From: Escherichia coli
Lineage (GTDB): Bacteria; Pseudomonadota; Gammaproteobacteria; Enterobacterales; Enterobacteriaceae
Assembly: GCF_030013595.1 (NCBI RefSeq)
Contig: NZ_CP122768.1
Length of the DNA stretch: 64,000 bases
Direction: 5' to 3' (one strand)
The notes below the pieces were generated by a model. The model had not been told where the DNA came from and searched no databases. It worked only from the letters and a program-made list of their open reading frames with translations. Position numbers and translations under genes: made by a program. This document shows positions 41,933-53,725 of the stretch, piece by piece. Every line of letters begins with the position of its first letter. Within the stretch, counting starts at the first letter, position 1.

Positions 41933-44485
41933 TCAGAACAATTCCTGTGCCTCGCCATTATCGATAATGGTCGTTCCCACCTCGTGCACCGCCTGTTGTG
42001 TCGGCTGCGTACCTTCGATGAAATACTCTTCGCGGCTGTTGCCACCATTAGCTAACTGCCCGGTGCTGCGATCGATATTCACCGTCACAATACCCGGCGG
42101 CGGCGTCAGCGGCTGCTCCGGCACACCTTCAAGAACGGCTTTCATATAAGCGTCCCATGCAGGCTGGGCACTCTTGGCACCGCCTTCGTAACCTGAGATC
42201 TGATCTTTAATCGCTCCGGAAGCCGTTGTATGACCGAGATTACGACGGTGATCATCAAAGCCAATCCAGACCGAGGTCACAACGCCCGGACCGTAACCCG
42301 AAAACCACGCATCTTTCGAACTGTTAGTGGTACCGGTTTTCCCGCCGATATCGCGACGCTGCAAATCACGACCTGCACGCCAGCCGGTACCCTGCCAGCC
42401 TGGCTCACCAAAGATATTGGTGTTCAAAGCACTCTTAATCAGGAATGCCAGCGGAGTGTTGATGACGTGCGGTGCGTACTCCTGCGCGCCAGTCTTCGCC
42501 ACTAACGCCTGATTTGCCTGCTCCAGCTGCGGCATTGGCACAGAAACATTCTGCTGCTCGCGGGAGATAGCGACATCTTCAACATCGTTATTTTCCAGCA
42601 CGTTCGATTTCTGCGTATCACCGTAAATTACCGGAATATCGCATTCCGGGCAGGCTACTTTCGGTTTCGCTTCGAAAATCACGCCGCCCTGATCGTTTTC
42701 AATTTTGCTGATAAACCACGGGTCCACCAGGAAGCCGCCGTTCGCCATGACCGCGTAGCCGCGCGCCACCTGCATTGGGGTGAATGACGCTGAACCCAGC
42801 GCCAGCGATTCGGTGTGGACAATGTTTTGCGCCGGGAAGCCGAAGCGTTGCAGATATTCTGCAGCGTAGTCGACGCCCATCGCCCGCATTGCGCGTACCA
42901 TCACCACGTTTTTCGACTGGCCCAGTCCCTGACGTAAGCGAATTGGACCAGCATATTGTGGCGGCGAGTTTTTCGGCTGCCAGTCAGAACCGGCACCTGC
43001 GTCCCAGCGAGAAATTGGCACATCGTTCAACATACTTGCCAGCGTCAGACCTTTATCCATCGCCGCGGTGTAGAGGAACGGTTTGATGTTGGAACCCACC
43101 TGACGCAGTGCCTGGGTGGCGCGGTTAAACTTGCTCTGATTGAAATCAAAGCCACCGACCAGCGCCATAACGGCACCGTTTTGCGGATTGATCGACACCA
43201 GCGCCGAGTTCACTTCCGGCACTTGTGCCAGCCACCATGCATCGCCAACCTGACGAACCCAGATTTGCTGACCCGTTTGCAGAACATCGGTCACTTTACG
43301 CGGCGTCGGTCCCTGCTGAGTATCCGAACGGTAAGGACGCGCCCAGCGAACGCCTTCCATACTCAATGCGACGGTCGACCCGTCCGCCAGCATCGCCGTC
43401 GCTTCCTGAGGATTGGCGCTGGTGACTGCGGCAGGCAGCAGCGGACCATAGGTCGGCAGCGCCTTCAGCGTATCGGTAATCTTGTTGTTATCCCACGCCG
43501 ATTCGCCCACTTTCCACAGCACATTTGCCGGGCCGCGATAGCCGTGGCGCATGTCGTAGTCCAGCACGTTATTACGTACCGCCTGCTGTGCGGCCTGCTG
43601 CACTTTGCGGGTGATGGTGGTGTAAATGCGATAACCGTCTTCATAGGCACTTTCGCCATAACGGTTATACATCTCCTGGCGCACCATTTCGCTCAGGTAC
43701 GGCGCAGAGAAAGCAATCTCCGGCGCGTGATAGTTAGCGTTAATCGCCTCAGTGCGTGTCTGATCGAACTGTTGTTGGGTGATATACCCTTCATCCAGCA
43801 TCCGCGACAGTACGACGTTACGCCGCGCGACGGCACGATCCATTGAGTAGAGCGGATTAAAGGTGGAAGGCGCTTTCGGCAGCCCGGCTATCACCGCCAT
43901 TTCGTTCAGCGTCAGTTGGTCGACCGTTTTTCCGAAATAGACTTGTGCCGCAGCACCGACACCATAGGCGCGGTAGCCGAGGTAAATCTTGTTCAGATAA
44001 AGCTCGAGGATCTCGTCTTTCGTCAGCAACTGTTCAATGCGAATCGCGAGGAAGACTTCCTTAATCTTACGCATCAGCGTGCGTTCTGGACTGAGGAAGA
44101 AGTTTCTCGCCAGCTGCTGGGTAATGGTACTCGCCCCTTGTGACGCGTGGCCGGAGAACAGCGCCACACTTGCCGCACGGAAGATCCCCACCGGGTCAAC
44201 GCCGTGATGCTCGTAGAAGCGGCTGTCTTCCGTCGCGATAAAGGCTTTCACCATCTCCGGCGGGATTTGATCCAACGTAACCGGAATACGACGTTTCTCA
44301 CCGTATTGAGCAATCAGCTCGCCATCGGCGCTGTAAATCTGCATCGGAATTTGCAGGCGAACATCTTTTAATGTCGCCACATCCGGCAGTTGTGGCTCGA
44401 TGTAGCGGTATAGGCCATAAATCGAGCCTGCTCCCAGCAGAATGCAACAGACTGCAAGGATCAAAAAATACTTTACGAACTTCAC
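41933..44485 (-). CDS. mrcA: penicillin-binding protein 1A
   Basis: ORF track 41933..44509 (858 aa); a start at the GTG encoding VKFVKYFLIL would give 850 aa, the length I recall for PBP1A; glycosyltransferase and transpeptidase regions present. Confidence 0.93.
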   Translation of the reverse strand: MKFVKYFLILAVCCILLGAGSIYGLYRYIEPQLPDVATLKDVRLQIPMQIYSADGELIAQYGEKRRIPVTLDQIPPEMVKAFIATEDSRFYEHHGVDPVGIFRAASVALFSGHASQGASTITQQLARNFFLSPERTLMRKIKEVFLAIRIEQLLTKDEILELYLNKIYLGYRAYGVGAAAQVYFGKTVDQLTLNEMAVIAGLPKAPSTFNPLYSMDRAVARRNVVLSRMLDEGYITQQQFDQTRTEAINANYHAPEIAFSAPYLSEMVRQEMYNRYGESAYEDGYRIYTTITRKVQQAAQQAVRNNVLDYDMRHGYRGPANVLWKVGESAWDNNKITDTLKALPTYGPLLPAAVTSANPQEATAMLADGSTVALSMEGVRWARPYRSDTQQGPTPRKVTDVLQTGQQIWVRQVGDAWWLAQVPEVNSALVSINPQNGAVMALVGGFDFNQSKFNRATQALRQVGSNIKPFLYTAAMDKGLTLASMLNDVPISRWDAGAGSDWQPKNSPPQYAGPIRLRQGLGQSKNVVMVRAMRAMGVDYAAEYLQRFGFPAQNIVHTESLALGSASFTPMQVARGYAVMANGGFLVDPWFISKIENDQGGVIFEAKPKVACPECDIPVIYGDTQKSNVLENNDVEDVAISREQQNVSVPMPQLEQANQALVAKTGAQEYAPHVINTPLAFLIKSALNTNIFGEPGWQGTGWRAGRDLQRRDIGGKTGTTNSSKDAWFSGYGPGVVTSVWIGFDDHRRNLGHTTASGAIKDQISGYEGGAKSAQPAWDAYMKAVLEGVPEQPLTPPPGIVTVNIDRSTGQLANGGNSREEYFIEGTQPTQQAVHEVGTTIIDNGEAQELF

Positions 44486-44604
44486 TGGAAATTTCCCATT
44501 TAGTTTCATTTGGGCAGTTTATAAACAAACGCGCGGTAGTATAAAGGCAAGCCAGACGCATTGATATACCCGTCAGAGTGACGGGTGATAAGGAGATCAT
44601 CACA

Positions 44605-45294
44605 ATGGCATTTAAGATCTGGCAAATTGGTTTGCATTTACAACAGCAAGAAGCGGTAGCGGTTGCTATCGTGCGGGGCGCAAAAGAATGCTTTTTGCAA
44701 CGCTGGTGGCGGTTGCCGCTGGCGCACGACATTATCAAAGATGGGCGGATTGTTGATGCGCAGCGGCTGGCTAAAACGTTGTTACCGTGGAGTCGCGAAC
44801 TGCCGCAGCGTCATCACATTATGTTGGCGTTTCCCGCCAGTCGCACATTACAGCGGTCATTTCCACGCCCGTCGATGTCCCTTGGTGAGCGGGAGCAAAC
44901 GGCCTGGCTGTCCGGGACGATGGCCCGCGAGCTGGATATGGATCCGGACTCCCTGCGCTTCGATTACAGCGAAGACTCACTCAGTCCCGCCTATAACGTG
45001 ACTGCCGCGCAAAGCAAAGAGTTGGCAACGCTGCTTACTCTGGCAGAAAGGTTGCGTGTTCATGTTAGCGCGATCACCCCGGATGCCAGTGCATTACAGC
45101 GATTCCTGCCTTTTTTACCTTCTCATCAGCAATGTCTGGCCTGGCGTGATAACGAACAGTGGCTGTGGGCGACGCGCTATAGCTGGGGGCGCAAACTGGC
45201 GGTGGGGATAACTAGCGCGAAGGAGCTGGCGGCAGCGTTATCCGTTGATCCCGAAAGCGTCGCGATATGTGGCGAAGGCGGATTTGACCCCTAG
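44605..45294 (+). CDS. hofM: DNA utilisation protein HofM, truncated by an in-frame amber codon
   Basis: ORF track 44578..45294; start at MAFKIWQIGL. TAG at 45292..45294 is followed by 29 open in-frame codons ending in TGA 45382..45384, which overlaps the hofN ATG; the uninterrupted frame would be 259 aa. Confidence 0.8.
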   Translation: MAFKIWQIGLHLQQQEAVAVAIVRGAKECFLQRWWRLPLAHDIIKDGRIVDAQRLAKTLLPWSRELPQRHHIMLAFPASRTLQRSFPRPSMSLGEREQTAWLSGTMARELDMDPDSLRFDYSEDSLSPAYNVTAAQSKELATLLTLAERLRVHVSAITPDASALQRFLPFLPSHQQCLAWRDNEQWLWATRYSWGRKLAVGITSAKELAAALSVDPESVAICGEGGFDP

Positions 45295-45383
45295 GAGGCG
45301 GTTTCTGTTCGTCAGCCGCCGCTACCGCCGCCAGGTGGAGACTTTGCCATCGCGCTGGGGCTGGCGCTTGGGAAGGTGTACTG

Positions 45384-45923
45384 ATGAACCCGCCAATTAA
45401 TTTTTTGCCCTGGCGACAGCAACGCCGGACCGCTTTTCTTCGTTTCTGGTTGCTGATGTTCGTTGCGCCTCTGCTGCTGGCTGTCGGGATAACGCTAATA
45501 CTGCGTCTGACAAGCAACGCCGAAGCACGCGTAGACACCGTTTTGCTTCAGGCGGAACAACAACTCGCCCGCAGCTTACAGATAACGAAACCACGTTTGC
45601 TGGAACGCCAGCAGTTACGCGAACAGCGTTTGCAAAGGCAGCGCCAGCGACAATTTACCCGTGACTGGCAATCTGCGCTGGAAGCACTGGCGGCGCTTTT
45701 ACCGGAACATGCCTGGCTGACAACGATAAGCTGGCAGCAGGGAACGCTGGAGATCAAGGGGCTGACAACAAGCATTACCGCGTTAAACGCACTAGAAACG
45801 TCACTCCGCCAGGATGCTTCTTTTCATCTCAATCAGCGGGGGGCCACGCAGCAGGATGCGCAGGGACGCTGGCAATTTGAGTATCAGTTAACAAGGAAGG
45901 TTAGCGATGGACATGCTCTTTGA
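45384..45923 (+). CDS. hofN: DNA utilisation protein HofN
   Basis: 179-aa ORF recognised as HofN; N-terminal transmembrane segment. Confidence 0.9.
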   Translation: MNPPINFLPWRQQRRTAFLRFWLLMFVAPLLLAVGITLILRLTSNAEARVDTVLLQAEQQLARSLQITKPRLLERQQLREQRLQRQRQRQFTRDWQSALEALAALLPEHAWLTTISWQQGTLEIKGLTTSITALNALETSLRQDASFHLNQRGATQQDAQGRWQFEYQLTRKVSDGHAL

Positions 45924-46347
45924 CTGGTGGTTCGTCGCATCACCCCGCCTCCGCCAGCTTTGCTGGGCAGTCTGGTTGCTGGTGTTAGTTACGCTCATTT
46001 TTCTGTCATCGACACACCAGGAAGAGAGCGACGCATTAATTCGACTACGGGCGAGTCATCACCAGCAGTGGGCCGCACTGTATCGCCTGGTAGACACCAC
46101 TCCCTTCAGCGAGGAAAAAACGCTGCCCTTTTCGCCACTGGATTTTCAGTTATCCGGCACGCAACTGGTTTACTGGCATCCATCCGCGCAGGGAGGTGAG
46201 TTGGCGTTGAAAACGCTGTGGGAAGCAGTGCCATCGGCATTTACACGGCTGGCAGAGCGCAACGTCAGCGTGAGCCGTTTTTCGTTAAGCGTGGAAGGTG
46301 ATGACCTTTTGTTCACGCTACAACTGGAGACGCCGCATGAGGGTTAA
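45907..46347 (+). CDS. hofO: DNA utilisation protein HofO
   Basis: 146-aa ORF recognised as HofO; overlaps hofN and hofP. Confidence 0.9.
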   Translation: MDMLFDWWFVASPRLRQLCWAVWLLVLVTLIFLSSTHQEESDALIRLRASHHQQWAALYRLVDTTPFSEEKTLPFSPLDFQLSGTQLVYWHPSAQGGELALKTLWEAVPSAFTRLAERNVSVSRFSLSVEGDDLLFTLQLETPHEG

Positions 46348-46741
46348 ACGCTGGTTGTTGGCAGGTATTGCATTGTGCCTTTTAACCGGTATGCGTGACC
46401 CTTTTAAACCGCCGGAAGATCTATGCCGGATTAGCGAACTTAGCCAGTGGCGCTATCAGGGGATAGTAGGGCGAGGCGAGCGCATCATCGGTGTAATAAA
46501 AGACGGGCAAAAGAAATGGCGACGGGTGCAGCAAAACGATGTGCTGGAAAACGGTTGGACAATTTTACAGCTGACGCCAGACGCACTAACGCTGGGAACC
46601 GGGACAAACTGCGAACCGCCACACTGGTTGTGGCAACGGCAAGGAGATACAAATGAAGCAATGGATAGCCGCACTACTGTTGATGCTTATACCCGGCGTA
46701 CAGGCGGCAAAGCCGCAAAAAGTGACGCTGATGGTGGATGA
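46337..46741 (+). CDS. hofP: DNA utilisation protein HofP
   Basis: ORF track 46298..46741; start at MRVKRWLLAGIAL gives 134 aa. Confidence 0.88.
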   Translation: MRVKRWLLAGIALCLLTGMRDPFKPPEDLCRISELSQWRYQGIVGRGERIIGVIKDGQKKWRRVQQNDVLENGWTILQLTPDALTLGTGTNCEPPHWLWQRQGDTNEAMDSRTTVDAYTRRTGGKAAKSDADGG

Positions 46742-47891
46742 CGTTCCGGTAGCTCAGGTGTTGCAGGCGCTGGCTGAACAGGAGAAGTTGAACCTGGTCG
46801 TGTCGCCAGACGTCAGCGGTACGGTGTCGTTACATCTAACAGATGTTCCCTGGAAGCAGGCACTACAAACTGTAGTAAAAAGCGCCGGACTGATAACGCG
46901 GCAGGAAGGCAACATTCTCTCGGTGCATTCCGTTGCCTGGCAGAATGACAATATCGCCCGTCAGGAGGCGGAGCAGGCGCGGGCGCAGGCAAATCTGCCG
47001 CTGGAAAATCGCAATATTACTCTGCAATACGCCGACGCCGGAGAGCTGGCGAAAGCGGGGGAGAAGCTACTGAGTGCCAAAGGGAGTATGACCGTCGATA
47101 AACGCACCAATCGCCTTTTGCTGCGAGATAACAAAACGGCGTTAAGCGCGCTTGAACAGTGGGTAGCGCAAATGGATCTGCCGGTCGGGCAGGTTGAGCT
47201 GTCGGCGCATATTGTCACCATTAATGAAAAAAGTTTGCGTGAGTTAGGCGTGAAATGGACGTTGGCTGATGCGCAACAAGCTGGTGGCGTTGGGCAAGTC
47301 ACCACGCTTGGCAGCGACCTCTCCGTAGCGACGGCGACAACGCATGTCGGTTTTAACATTGGACGCATCAACGGACGTTTACTGGATCTTGAGCTTTCCG
47401 CGCTCGAACAAAAACAGCAGCTGGATATTATCGCCAGTCCGCGTCTGCTGGCCTCACATCTACAGCCTGCCAGCATTAAACAGGGGAGCGAAATTCCATA
47501 TCAGGTTTCCAGCGGGGAAAGTGGCGCGACGTCGGTGGAATTTAAAGAGGCCGTCCTGGGGATGGAGGTCACGCCCACGGTGTTACAAAAAGGTCGCATC
47601 CGGCTGAAATTACACATCAGCCAGAACGTTCCGGGGCAGGTGCTACAGCAGGCCGATGGCGAAGTGCTGGCGATTGATAAGCAGGAGATCGAAACGCAGG
47701 TCGAGGTCAAAAGCGGAGAAACGTTGGCGCTGGGTGGCATTTTTACCCGTAAAAATAAATCGGGGCAGGATAGCGTACCGTTGCTTGGCGACATTCCCTG
47801 GTTCGGGCAATTATTTCGTCATGACGGAAAAGAAGATGAACGACGCGAGTTAGTGGTGTTTATCACGCCACGACTGGTTTCCAGTGAGTAA
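46653..47891 (+). CDS. hofQ: outer-membrane secretin HofQ
   Basis: 412-aa ORF with signal peptide, recognised as HofQ. Confidence 0.93.
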   Translation: MKQWIAALLLMLIPGVQAAKPQKVTLMVDDVPVAQVLQALAEQEKLNLVVSPDVSGTVSLHLTDVPWKQALQTVVKSAGLITRQEGNILSVHSVAWQNDNIARQEAEQARAQANLPLENRNITLQYADAGELAKAGEKLLSAKGSMTVDKRTNRLLLRDNKTALSALEQWVAQMDLPVGQVELSAHIVTINEKSLRELGVKWTLADAQQAGGVGQVTTLGSDLSVATATTHVGFNIGRINGRLLDLELSALEQKQQLDIIASPRLLASHLQPASIKQGSEIPYQVSSGESGATSVEFKEAVLGMEVTPTVLQKGRIRLKLHISQNVPGQVLQQADGEVLAIDKQEIETQVEVKSGETLALGGIFTRKNKSGQDSVPLLGDIPWFGQLFRHDGKEDERRELVVFITPRLVSSE

Positions 47892-48291
47892 ACAGCCGTA
47901 AAAGCGGTAATGTTTTTACGCTGAACGTGTTTCATCTATTTGACGCGCGCAGGTATTTAGCATACAAGGAGTACCGATTTGAGAGTTGGTGCTCTTCGCT
48001 GCCTGCGTTCCATGATGATGATTTATCATTCAGGCGGCATTTTGCTGTCTTTTTTACGCTAATCTTACCCGGTGATTTATCGCCAGAGCGGTGGTAGCAA
48101 GGCAGCGCGCTTGCAGCGACCAGATATGCAGAGGGATGGGTGATTTATTCAGTTGCCAAACCCGCTGGAGTATTGAGATAATTTTCAGTCTGACTCTCGC
48201 AATATCTTATGAGGTTTCAGTTCATGTCCTGCGGCGCTCTCTGAGCGAAGCGGGTTTATCATTAACGAATAGTCTTAGTAGTACCGAAAAA

Positions 48292-48813
48292 ATGGCAGAG
48301 AAACGCAATATCTTTCTGGTTGGGCCTATGGGTGCCGGAAAAAGCACTATTGGGCGCCAGTTAGCTCAACAACTCAATATGGAATTTTACGATTCCGATC
48401 AAGAGATTGAGAAACGAACCGGAGCTGATGTGGGCTGGGTTTTCGATTTAGAAGGCGAAGAAGGCTTCCGCGATCGCGAAGAAAAGGTCATCAATGAGTT
48501 GACCGAGAAACAGGGTATTGTGCTGGCTACTGGCGGCGGCTCTGTGAAATCCCGCGAAACGCGTAACCGTCTTTCCGCACGTGGCGTTGTCGTTTATCTT
48601 GAAACGACCATCGAAAAGCAACTTGCACGCACGCAGCGTGATAAAAAACGCCCGTTGCTGCACGTTGAAACACCGCCGCGTGAAGTTCTGGAAGCGTTGG
48701 CCAATGAACGCAATCCGCTGTATGAAGAGATTGCCGACGTGACCATTCGTACTGATGATCAAAGCGCTAAAGTGGTCGCAAACCAGATTATTCACATGCT
48801 GGAAAGCAACTAA
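48292..48813 (+). CDS. aroK: shikimate kinase I
   Basis: ORF track 48091..48813; start at [19 protein letters not shown] (P-loop) gives 173 aa. Confidence 0.95.
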   Translation: MAEKRNIFLVGPMGAGKSTIGRQLAQQLNMEFYDSDQEIEKRTGADVGWVFDLEGEEGFRDREEKVINELTEKQGIVLATGGGSVKSRETRNRLSARGVVVYLETTIEKQLARTQRDKKRPLLHVETPPREVLEALANERNPLYEEIADVTIRTDDQSAKVVANQIIHMLESN

Positions 48814-48869
48814 TTCTGGCTTTATATACACTCGTCTGCGGGTACAGTAATTAAGGTGGATGTCGCGTT

Positions 48870-49958
48870 ATGGAGAGGATTGTCGTTACTCTCGGGGAAC
48901 GTAGTTACCCAATTACCATCGCATCTGGTTTGTTTAATGAACCAGCTTCATTCTTACCGCTGAAATCGGGCGAGCAGGTCATGTTGGTTACCAACGAAAC
49001 CCTGGCTCCTCTGTATCTCGATAAGGTCCGCGGCGTACTTGAACAGGCGGGTGTTAACGTCGATAGCGTTATCCTCCCTGACGGCGAGCAGTATAAAAGC
49101 CTGGCTGTACTCGATACCGTCTTTACGGCGTTGTTACAAAAGCCGCATGGTCGCGATACTACGCTGGTGGCGCTTGGCGGCGGCGTAGTGGGCGATCTGA
49201 CCGGCTTTGCGGCGGCGAGTTATCAGCGCGGTGTACGTTTCATTCAAGTCCCGACGACGTTGCTGTCGCAGGTCGATTCCTCCGTTGGCGGCAAAACTGC
49301 GGTCAACCATCCCCTCGGTAAAAACATGATTGGCGCGTTCTACCAGCCTGCTTCAGTGGTGGTGGATCTCGACTGTCTGAAAACGCTTCCCCCGCGTGAG
49401 TTAGCGTCGGGGCTGGCAGAAGTCATCAAATACGGCATTATTCTTGACGGTGCGTTTTTTAACTGGCTGGAAGAAAATCTGGATGCGTTGTTGCGTCTGG
49501 ACGGTCCGGCAATGGCGTACTGTATTCGCCGTTGTTGTGAACTGAAGGCAGAAGTTGTCGCCGCCGACGAGCGCGAAACCGGGTTACGTGCTTTACTGAA
49601 TCTGGGACACACCTTTGGTCATGCCATTGAAGCTGAAATGGGGTATGGCAATTGGTTACACGGTGAAGCGGTTGCTGCGGGTATGGTGATGGCGGCGCGG
49701 ACGTCGGAACGTCTCGGGCAGTTTAGTTCTGCCGAAACGCAGCGTATTATAACCCTGCTCACGCGGGCTGGGTTACCGGTCAATGGGCCGCGCGAAATGT
49801 CTGCGCAGGCGTATTTACCGCATATGCTGCGTGACAAGAAAGTCCTTGCGGGAGAGATGCGCTTAATTCTTCCGTTGGCAATTGGTAAGAGTGAAGTTCG
49901 CAGCGGCGTTTCGCACGAGCTAGTTCTTAACGCCATTGCCGATTGTCAATCAGCGTAA
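48870..49958 (+). CDS. aroB: 3-dehydroquinate synthase
   Basis: 362-aa ORF recognised as AroB. Confidence 0.95.
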
Positions 49959-50049
49959 CAACAAGAAAGGTCAGGCCGCTTATCAAGCGGTCTATTAGCT
50001 TCAGGTTAATTGCAACGTGGTAAGCATTAACCTTTTAGTGGGGTGTTAA

Positions 50050-51336
50050 ATGGATGAATTCAAACCAGAAGACGAGCTGAAACCCGATCCCAGCGATCGT
50101 CGTACTGGTCGTTCTCGTCAATCTTCTGAACGTTCTGAGCGTACTGAACGTGGCGAACCGCAGATCAATTTTGATGATATTGAACTTGATGACACTGACG
50201 ATCGCCGTCCGACTCGTGCGCAAAAAGAGCGCAATGAGGAACCGGAACTCGAAGAAGAAATTGACGAATCCGAAGATGAAACCGTGGATGAAGAGCGCGT
50301 AGAGCGTCGTCCGCGTAAGCGCAAAAAAGTAGCCAGTAAACCCGCTTCTCGTCAGTATATGATGATGGGCGTCGGCATTCTGGTTCTCCTGCTGTTGATC
50401 ATCGGTATCGGTTCTGCGCTAAAAGCCCCCTCGACCTCTTCCAGCGATCAAACCGCGTCTGGCGAGAAGAGTATTGATCTTGCTGGCAATGCGACCGATC
50501 AGGCGAATGGCGTGCAGCCAGCGCCGGGAACCACGTCTGCGGAAAATACTCAGCAGGATGTTTCTCTGCCGCCGATCTCTTCTACGCCGACTCAAGGGCA
50601 AACCCCGGCGGCAACGGATGGTCAACAACGTGTTGAAGTGCAGGGTGACCTGAACAATGCGCTGACCCAGCCACAAAATCAGCAACAGTTGAACAATGTG
50701 GCGGTCAATTCCACGTTGCCGACTGAACCCGCGACTGTCGCGCCTGTTCGCAATGGCAATGCATCGCGTGACACGGCGAAAACGCAAACCACTGAACGTC
50801 CGGCCACCACGCGTCCAGCTCGTCAGCAGGCGGTGATTGAACCGAAAAAACCGCAAGCAACCGTAAAAACGGAGCCGAAGCCGGTAGCACAGACGCCGAA
50901 GCGTACTGAACCAGCTGCTCCTGTGGCAAGCACGAAGGCACCGGCTGCGACCTCTACGCCAGCACCAAAAGAGACCGCAACTACGGCTCCAGTACAGACG
51001 GCATCCCCGGCGCAAACCACGGCAACACCAGCCGCTGGAGGGAAGACCGCAGGTAATGTTGGTTCGTTGAAATCGGCACCGTCCAGCCATTACACTCTGC
51101 AGCTGAGCAGTTCCTCTAACTACGACAACCTGAACGGTTGGGCGAAGAAAGAGAATCTGAAAAACTACGTTGTCTATGAAACGACGCGTAATGGTCAGCC
51201 GTGGTATGTCCTGGTTTCTGGCGTGTACGCTTCGAAAGAAGAGGCGAAAAAAGCGGTATCTACATTGCCAGCAGATGTCCAGGCCAAAAACCCGTGGGCG
51301 AAACCGCTGCGTCAGGTACAGGCCGATCTGAAGTAA
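50050..51336 (+). CDS. damX: cell-division protein DamX (SPOR domain)
   Basis: 428-aa ORF: acidic N-terminus, one transmembrane segment, long Pro/Thr/Ala/Gln-rich linker, C-terminal SPOR-like domain. Confidence 0.93.
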   Translation: MDEFKPEDELKPDPSDRRTGRSRQSSERSERTERGEPQINFDDIELDDTDDRRPTRAQKERNEEPELEEEIDESEDETVDEERVERRPRKRKKVASKPASRQYMMMGVGILVLLLLIIGIGSALKAPSTSSSDQTASGEKSIDLAGNATDQANGVQPAPGTTSAENTQQDVSLPPISSTPTQGQTPAATDGQQRVEVQGDLNNALTQPQNQQQLNNVAVNSTLPTEPATVAPVRNGNASRDTAKTQTTERPATTRPARQQAVIEPKKPQATVKTEPKPVAQTPKRTEPAAPVASTKAPAATSTPAPKETATTAPVQTASPAQTTATPAAGGKTAGNVGSLKSAPSSHYTLQLSSSSNYDNLNGWAKKENLKNYVVYETTRNGQPWYVLVSGVYASKEEAKKAVSTLPADVQAKNPWAKPLRQVQADLK

Positions 51337-51442
51337 TCAAGGTTATCTCCCGCAATGGTTTATCATCGCGGGAGTTGCCTGAAGCGCTGGATGCTGTCGG
51401 AGCTTTCTCCACAGCCGGAGAAGGTGTAATTAGTTAGTCAGC

Positions 51443-52279
51443 ATGAAGAAAAATCGCGCTTTTTTGAAGTGGGCAGGGGGCAAGTATCCCCTGCTTGATG
51501 ATATTAAACGGCATTTGCCCAAGGGCGAATGTCTGGTTGAGCCTTTTGTAGGTGCCGGGTCGGTGTTTCTCAACACCGACTTTTCTCGTTATATCCTTGC
51601 CGATATCAATAGCGACCTGATCAGTCTCTATAACATTGTGAAAATGCGTACTGATGAGTACGTACAGGCCGCACGCGAGCTGTTTGTTCCCGAAACAAAT
51701 TGCGCCGAGGTTTACTATCAGTTCCGCGAAGAGTTCAACAAAAGCCAGGATCCGTTCCGTCGGGCGGTACTGTTTTTATATTTGAACCGCTACGGTTACA
51801 ACGGCCTGTGTCGTTACAATCTGCGCGGTGAGTTTAACGTGCCGTTTGGCCGCTACAAAAAACCCTATTTCCCGGAAGCAGAGTTGTATCACTTCGCTGA
51901 AAAAGCGCAGAATGCCTTTTTCTACTGTGAGTCTTACGCCGATAGCATGGCGCGCGCAGATGATGCATCCGTCGTCTATTGCGATCCGCCTTATGCGCCG
52001 CTGTCTGCGACCGCCAACTTTACGGCGTATCACACAAACAGTTTTACGCTTGAACAACAAGCGCATCTGGCGGAGATCGCCGAAGGTCTGGTTGATCGCC
52101 ATATTCCAGTGCTGATCTCCAATCACGATACGATGTTAACGCGTGAGTGGTATCAGCGCGCAAAATTGCATGTCGTCAAAGTTCGACGCAGTATAAGCAG
52201 CAACGGCGGCACACGTAAAAAGGTGGACGAACTGCTGGCTTTGTACAAACCAGGAGTCGTTTCACCCGCGAAAAAATAA
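51443..52279 (+). CDS. dam: DNA adenine methyltransferase (GATC)
   Basis: 278-aa ORF recognised as Dam; DPPY catalytic motif. Confidence 0.95.
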   Translation: MKKNRAFLKWAGGKYPLLDDIKRHLPKGECLVEPFVGAGSVFLNTDFSRYILADINSDLISLYNIVKMRTDEYVQAARELFVPETNCAEVYYQFREEFNKSQDPFRRAVLFLYLNRYGYNGLCRYNLRGEFNVPFGRYKKPYFPEAELYHFAEKAQNAFFYCESYADSMARADDASVVYCDPPYAPLSATANFTAYHTNSFTLEQQAHLAEIAEGLVDRHIPVLISNHDTMLTREWYQRAKLHVVKVRRSISSNGGTRKKVDELLALYKPGVVSPAKK

Positions 52280-52296
52280 TTCTCAAGGAGAAGCGG

Positions 52297-52974
52297 ATGA
52301 AACAGTATTTGATTGCCCCCTCAATTCTGTCGGCTGATTTTGCCCGCCTGGGTGAAGATACCGCAAAAGCCCTGGCAGCTGGCGCTGATGTCGTGCATTT
52401 TGACGTCATGGATAACCACTATGTTCCCAATCTGACGATTGGGCCAATGGTGCTGAAATCCTTGCGTAACTACGGCATTACCGCCCCTATCGACGTACAC
52501 CTGATGGTGAAACCCGTCGATCGCATTGTGCCTGATTTCGCTGCCGCTGGTGCCAGCATCATTACCTTTCATCCAGAAGCCTCCGAGCATGTTGACCGCA
52601 CGCTGCAACTGATTAAAGAAAATGGCTGTAAAGCGGGTCTGGTATTTAATCCGGCGACACCGCTGAGCTATCTGGATTACGTGATGGATAAGTTGGATGT
52701 GATCCTGCTGATGTCCGTCAACCCAGGTTTCGGCGGTCAGTCTTTCATTCCGCAAACACTGGATAAACTGCGCGAAGTACGTCGTCGTATCGACGAGTCT
52801 GGCTTTGACATTCGACTGGAAGTGGACGGTGGCGTGAAGGTGAACAACATTGGCGAAATCGCTGCGGCGGGCGCGGATATGTTCGTCGCCGGTTCGGCAA
52901 TCTTCGACCAGCCAGACTACAAAAAAGTCATTGATGAAATGCGCAGTGAACTGGCAAAGGTAAGTCATGAATAA
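52297..52974 (+). CDS. rpe: ribulose-5-phosphate 3-epimerase
   Basis: 225-aa ORF recognised as Rpe. Confidence 0.95.
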   Translation: MKQYLIAPSILSADFARLGEDTAKALAAGADVVHFDVMDNHYVPNLTIGPMVLKSLRNYGITAPIDVHLMVKPVDRIVPDFAAAGASIITFHPEASEHVDRTLQLIKENGCKAGLVFNPATPLSYLDYVMDKLDVILLMSVNPGFGGQSFIPQTLDKLREVRRRIDESGFDIRLEVDGGVKVNNIGEIAAAGADMFVAGSAIFDQPDYKKVIDEMRSELAKVSHE

Positions 52975-53725
52975 GTTTGAAGATATTCGCGGCGTCGCTT
53001 TTGATCTCGATGGTACGCTGGTGGACAGTGCTCCTGGCTTGGCTACCGCAGTAGATATGGCGCTGTATGCGCTGGAGTTGCCCGTCGCAGGTGAAGAACG
53101 CGTTATAACCTGGATTGGTAACGGCGCAGATGTTCTGATGGAGCGCGCATTGACCTGGGCGCGTCAGGAACGTGCGACTCTGCGTAAAACAATGGGTAAA
53201 CCGCCCGTTGATGACGACATTCCGGCAGAAGAACAGGTACGTATTCTGCGTAAATTGTTCGATCGCTACTATGGCGAGGTTGCCGAAGAGGGGACGTTTT
53301 TGTTCCCGCACGTTGCCGATACGCTGGGCGCATTGCAGGCTAAAGGCCTGCCGTTGGGCCTGGTCACCAACAAACCGACGCCGTTCGTCGCGCCGCTGCT
53401 CGAAGCCTTAGATATCGCCAAATACTTCAGCGTGGTGATTGGTGGTGATGATGTGCAAAACAAAAAACCGCATCCGGACCCGCTGTTACTGGTGGCTGAG
53501 CGGATGGGAATTGCTCCACAACAGATGCTGTTTGTTGGCGACTCACGCAATGATATTCAGGCAGCAAAAGCGGCAGGTTGCCCATCAGTTGGCTTAACCT
53601 ACGGATATAACTACGGCGAGGCTATCGATCTCAGCCAGCCTGATGTAATTTATCAGTCTATAAATGACCTTCTGCCCGCATTAGGGCTTCCGCATAGCGA
53701 AAATCAGGAATCGAAAAATGACTAA
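52967..53725 (+). CDS. gph: phosphoglycolate phosphatase
   Basis: 252-aa ORF; HAD motif [10 protein letters not shown]; overlaps rpe and trpS. Confidence 0.95.
   Translation: MNKFEDIRGVAFDLDGTLVDSAPGLATAVDMALYALELPVAGEERVITWIGNGADVLMERALTWARQERATLRKTMGKPPVDDDIPAEEQVRILRKLFDRYYGEVAEEGTFLFPHVADTLGALQAKGLPLGLVTNKPTPFVAPLLEALDIAKYFSVVIGGDDVQNKKPHPDPLLLVAERMGIAPQQMLFVGDSRNDIQAAKAAGCPSVGLTYGYNYGEAIDLSQPDVIYQSINDLLPALGLPHSENQESKND

Noticed and set aside
42956..43846. 296-aa ORF on the + strand
   Set aside because: Antisense to mrcA; Arg-rich, typical antisense artefact.
50419..51090. 223-aa Cys/Arg-rich ORF on the minus strand
   Set aside because: Antisense to the low-complexity linker of damX; repetitive composition mirrors the sense-strand Pro/Thr/Ala repeats.
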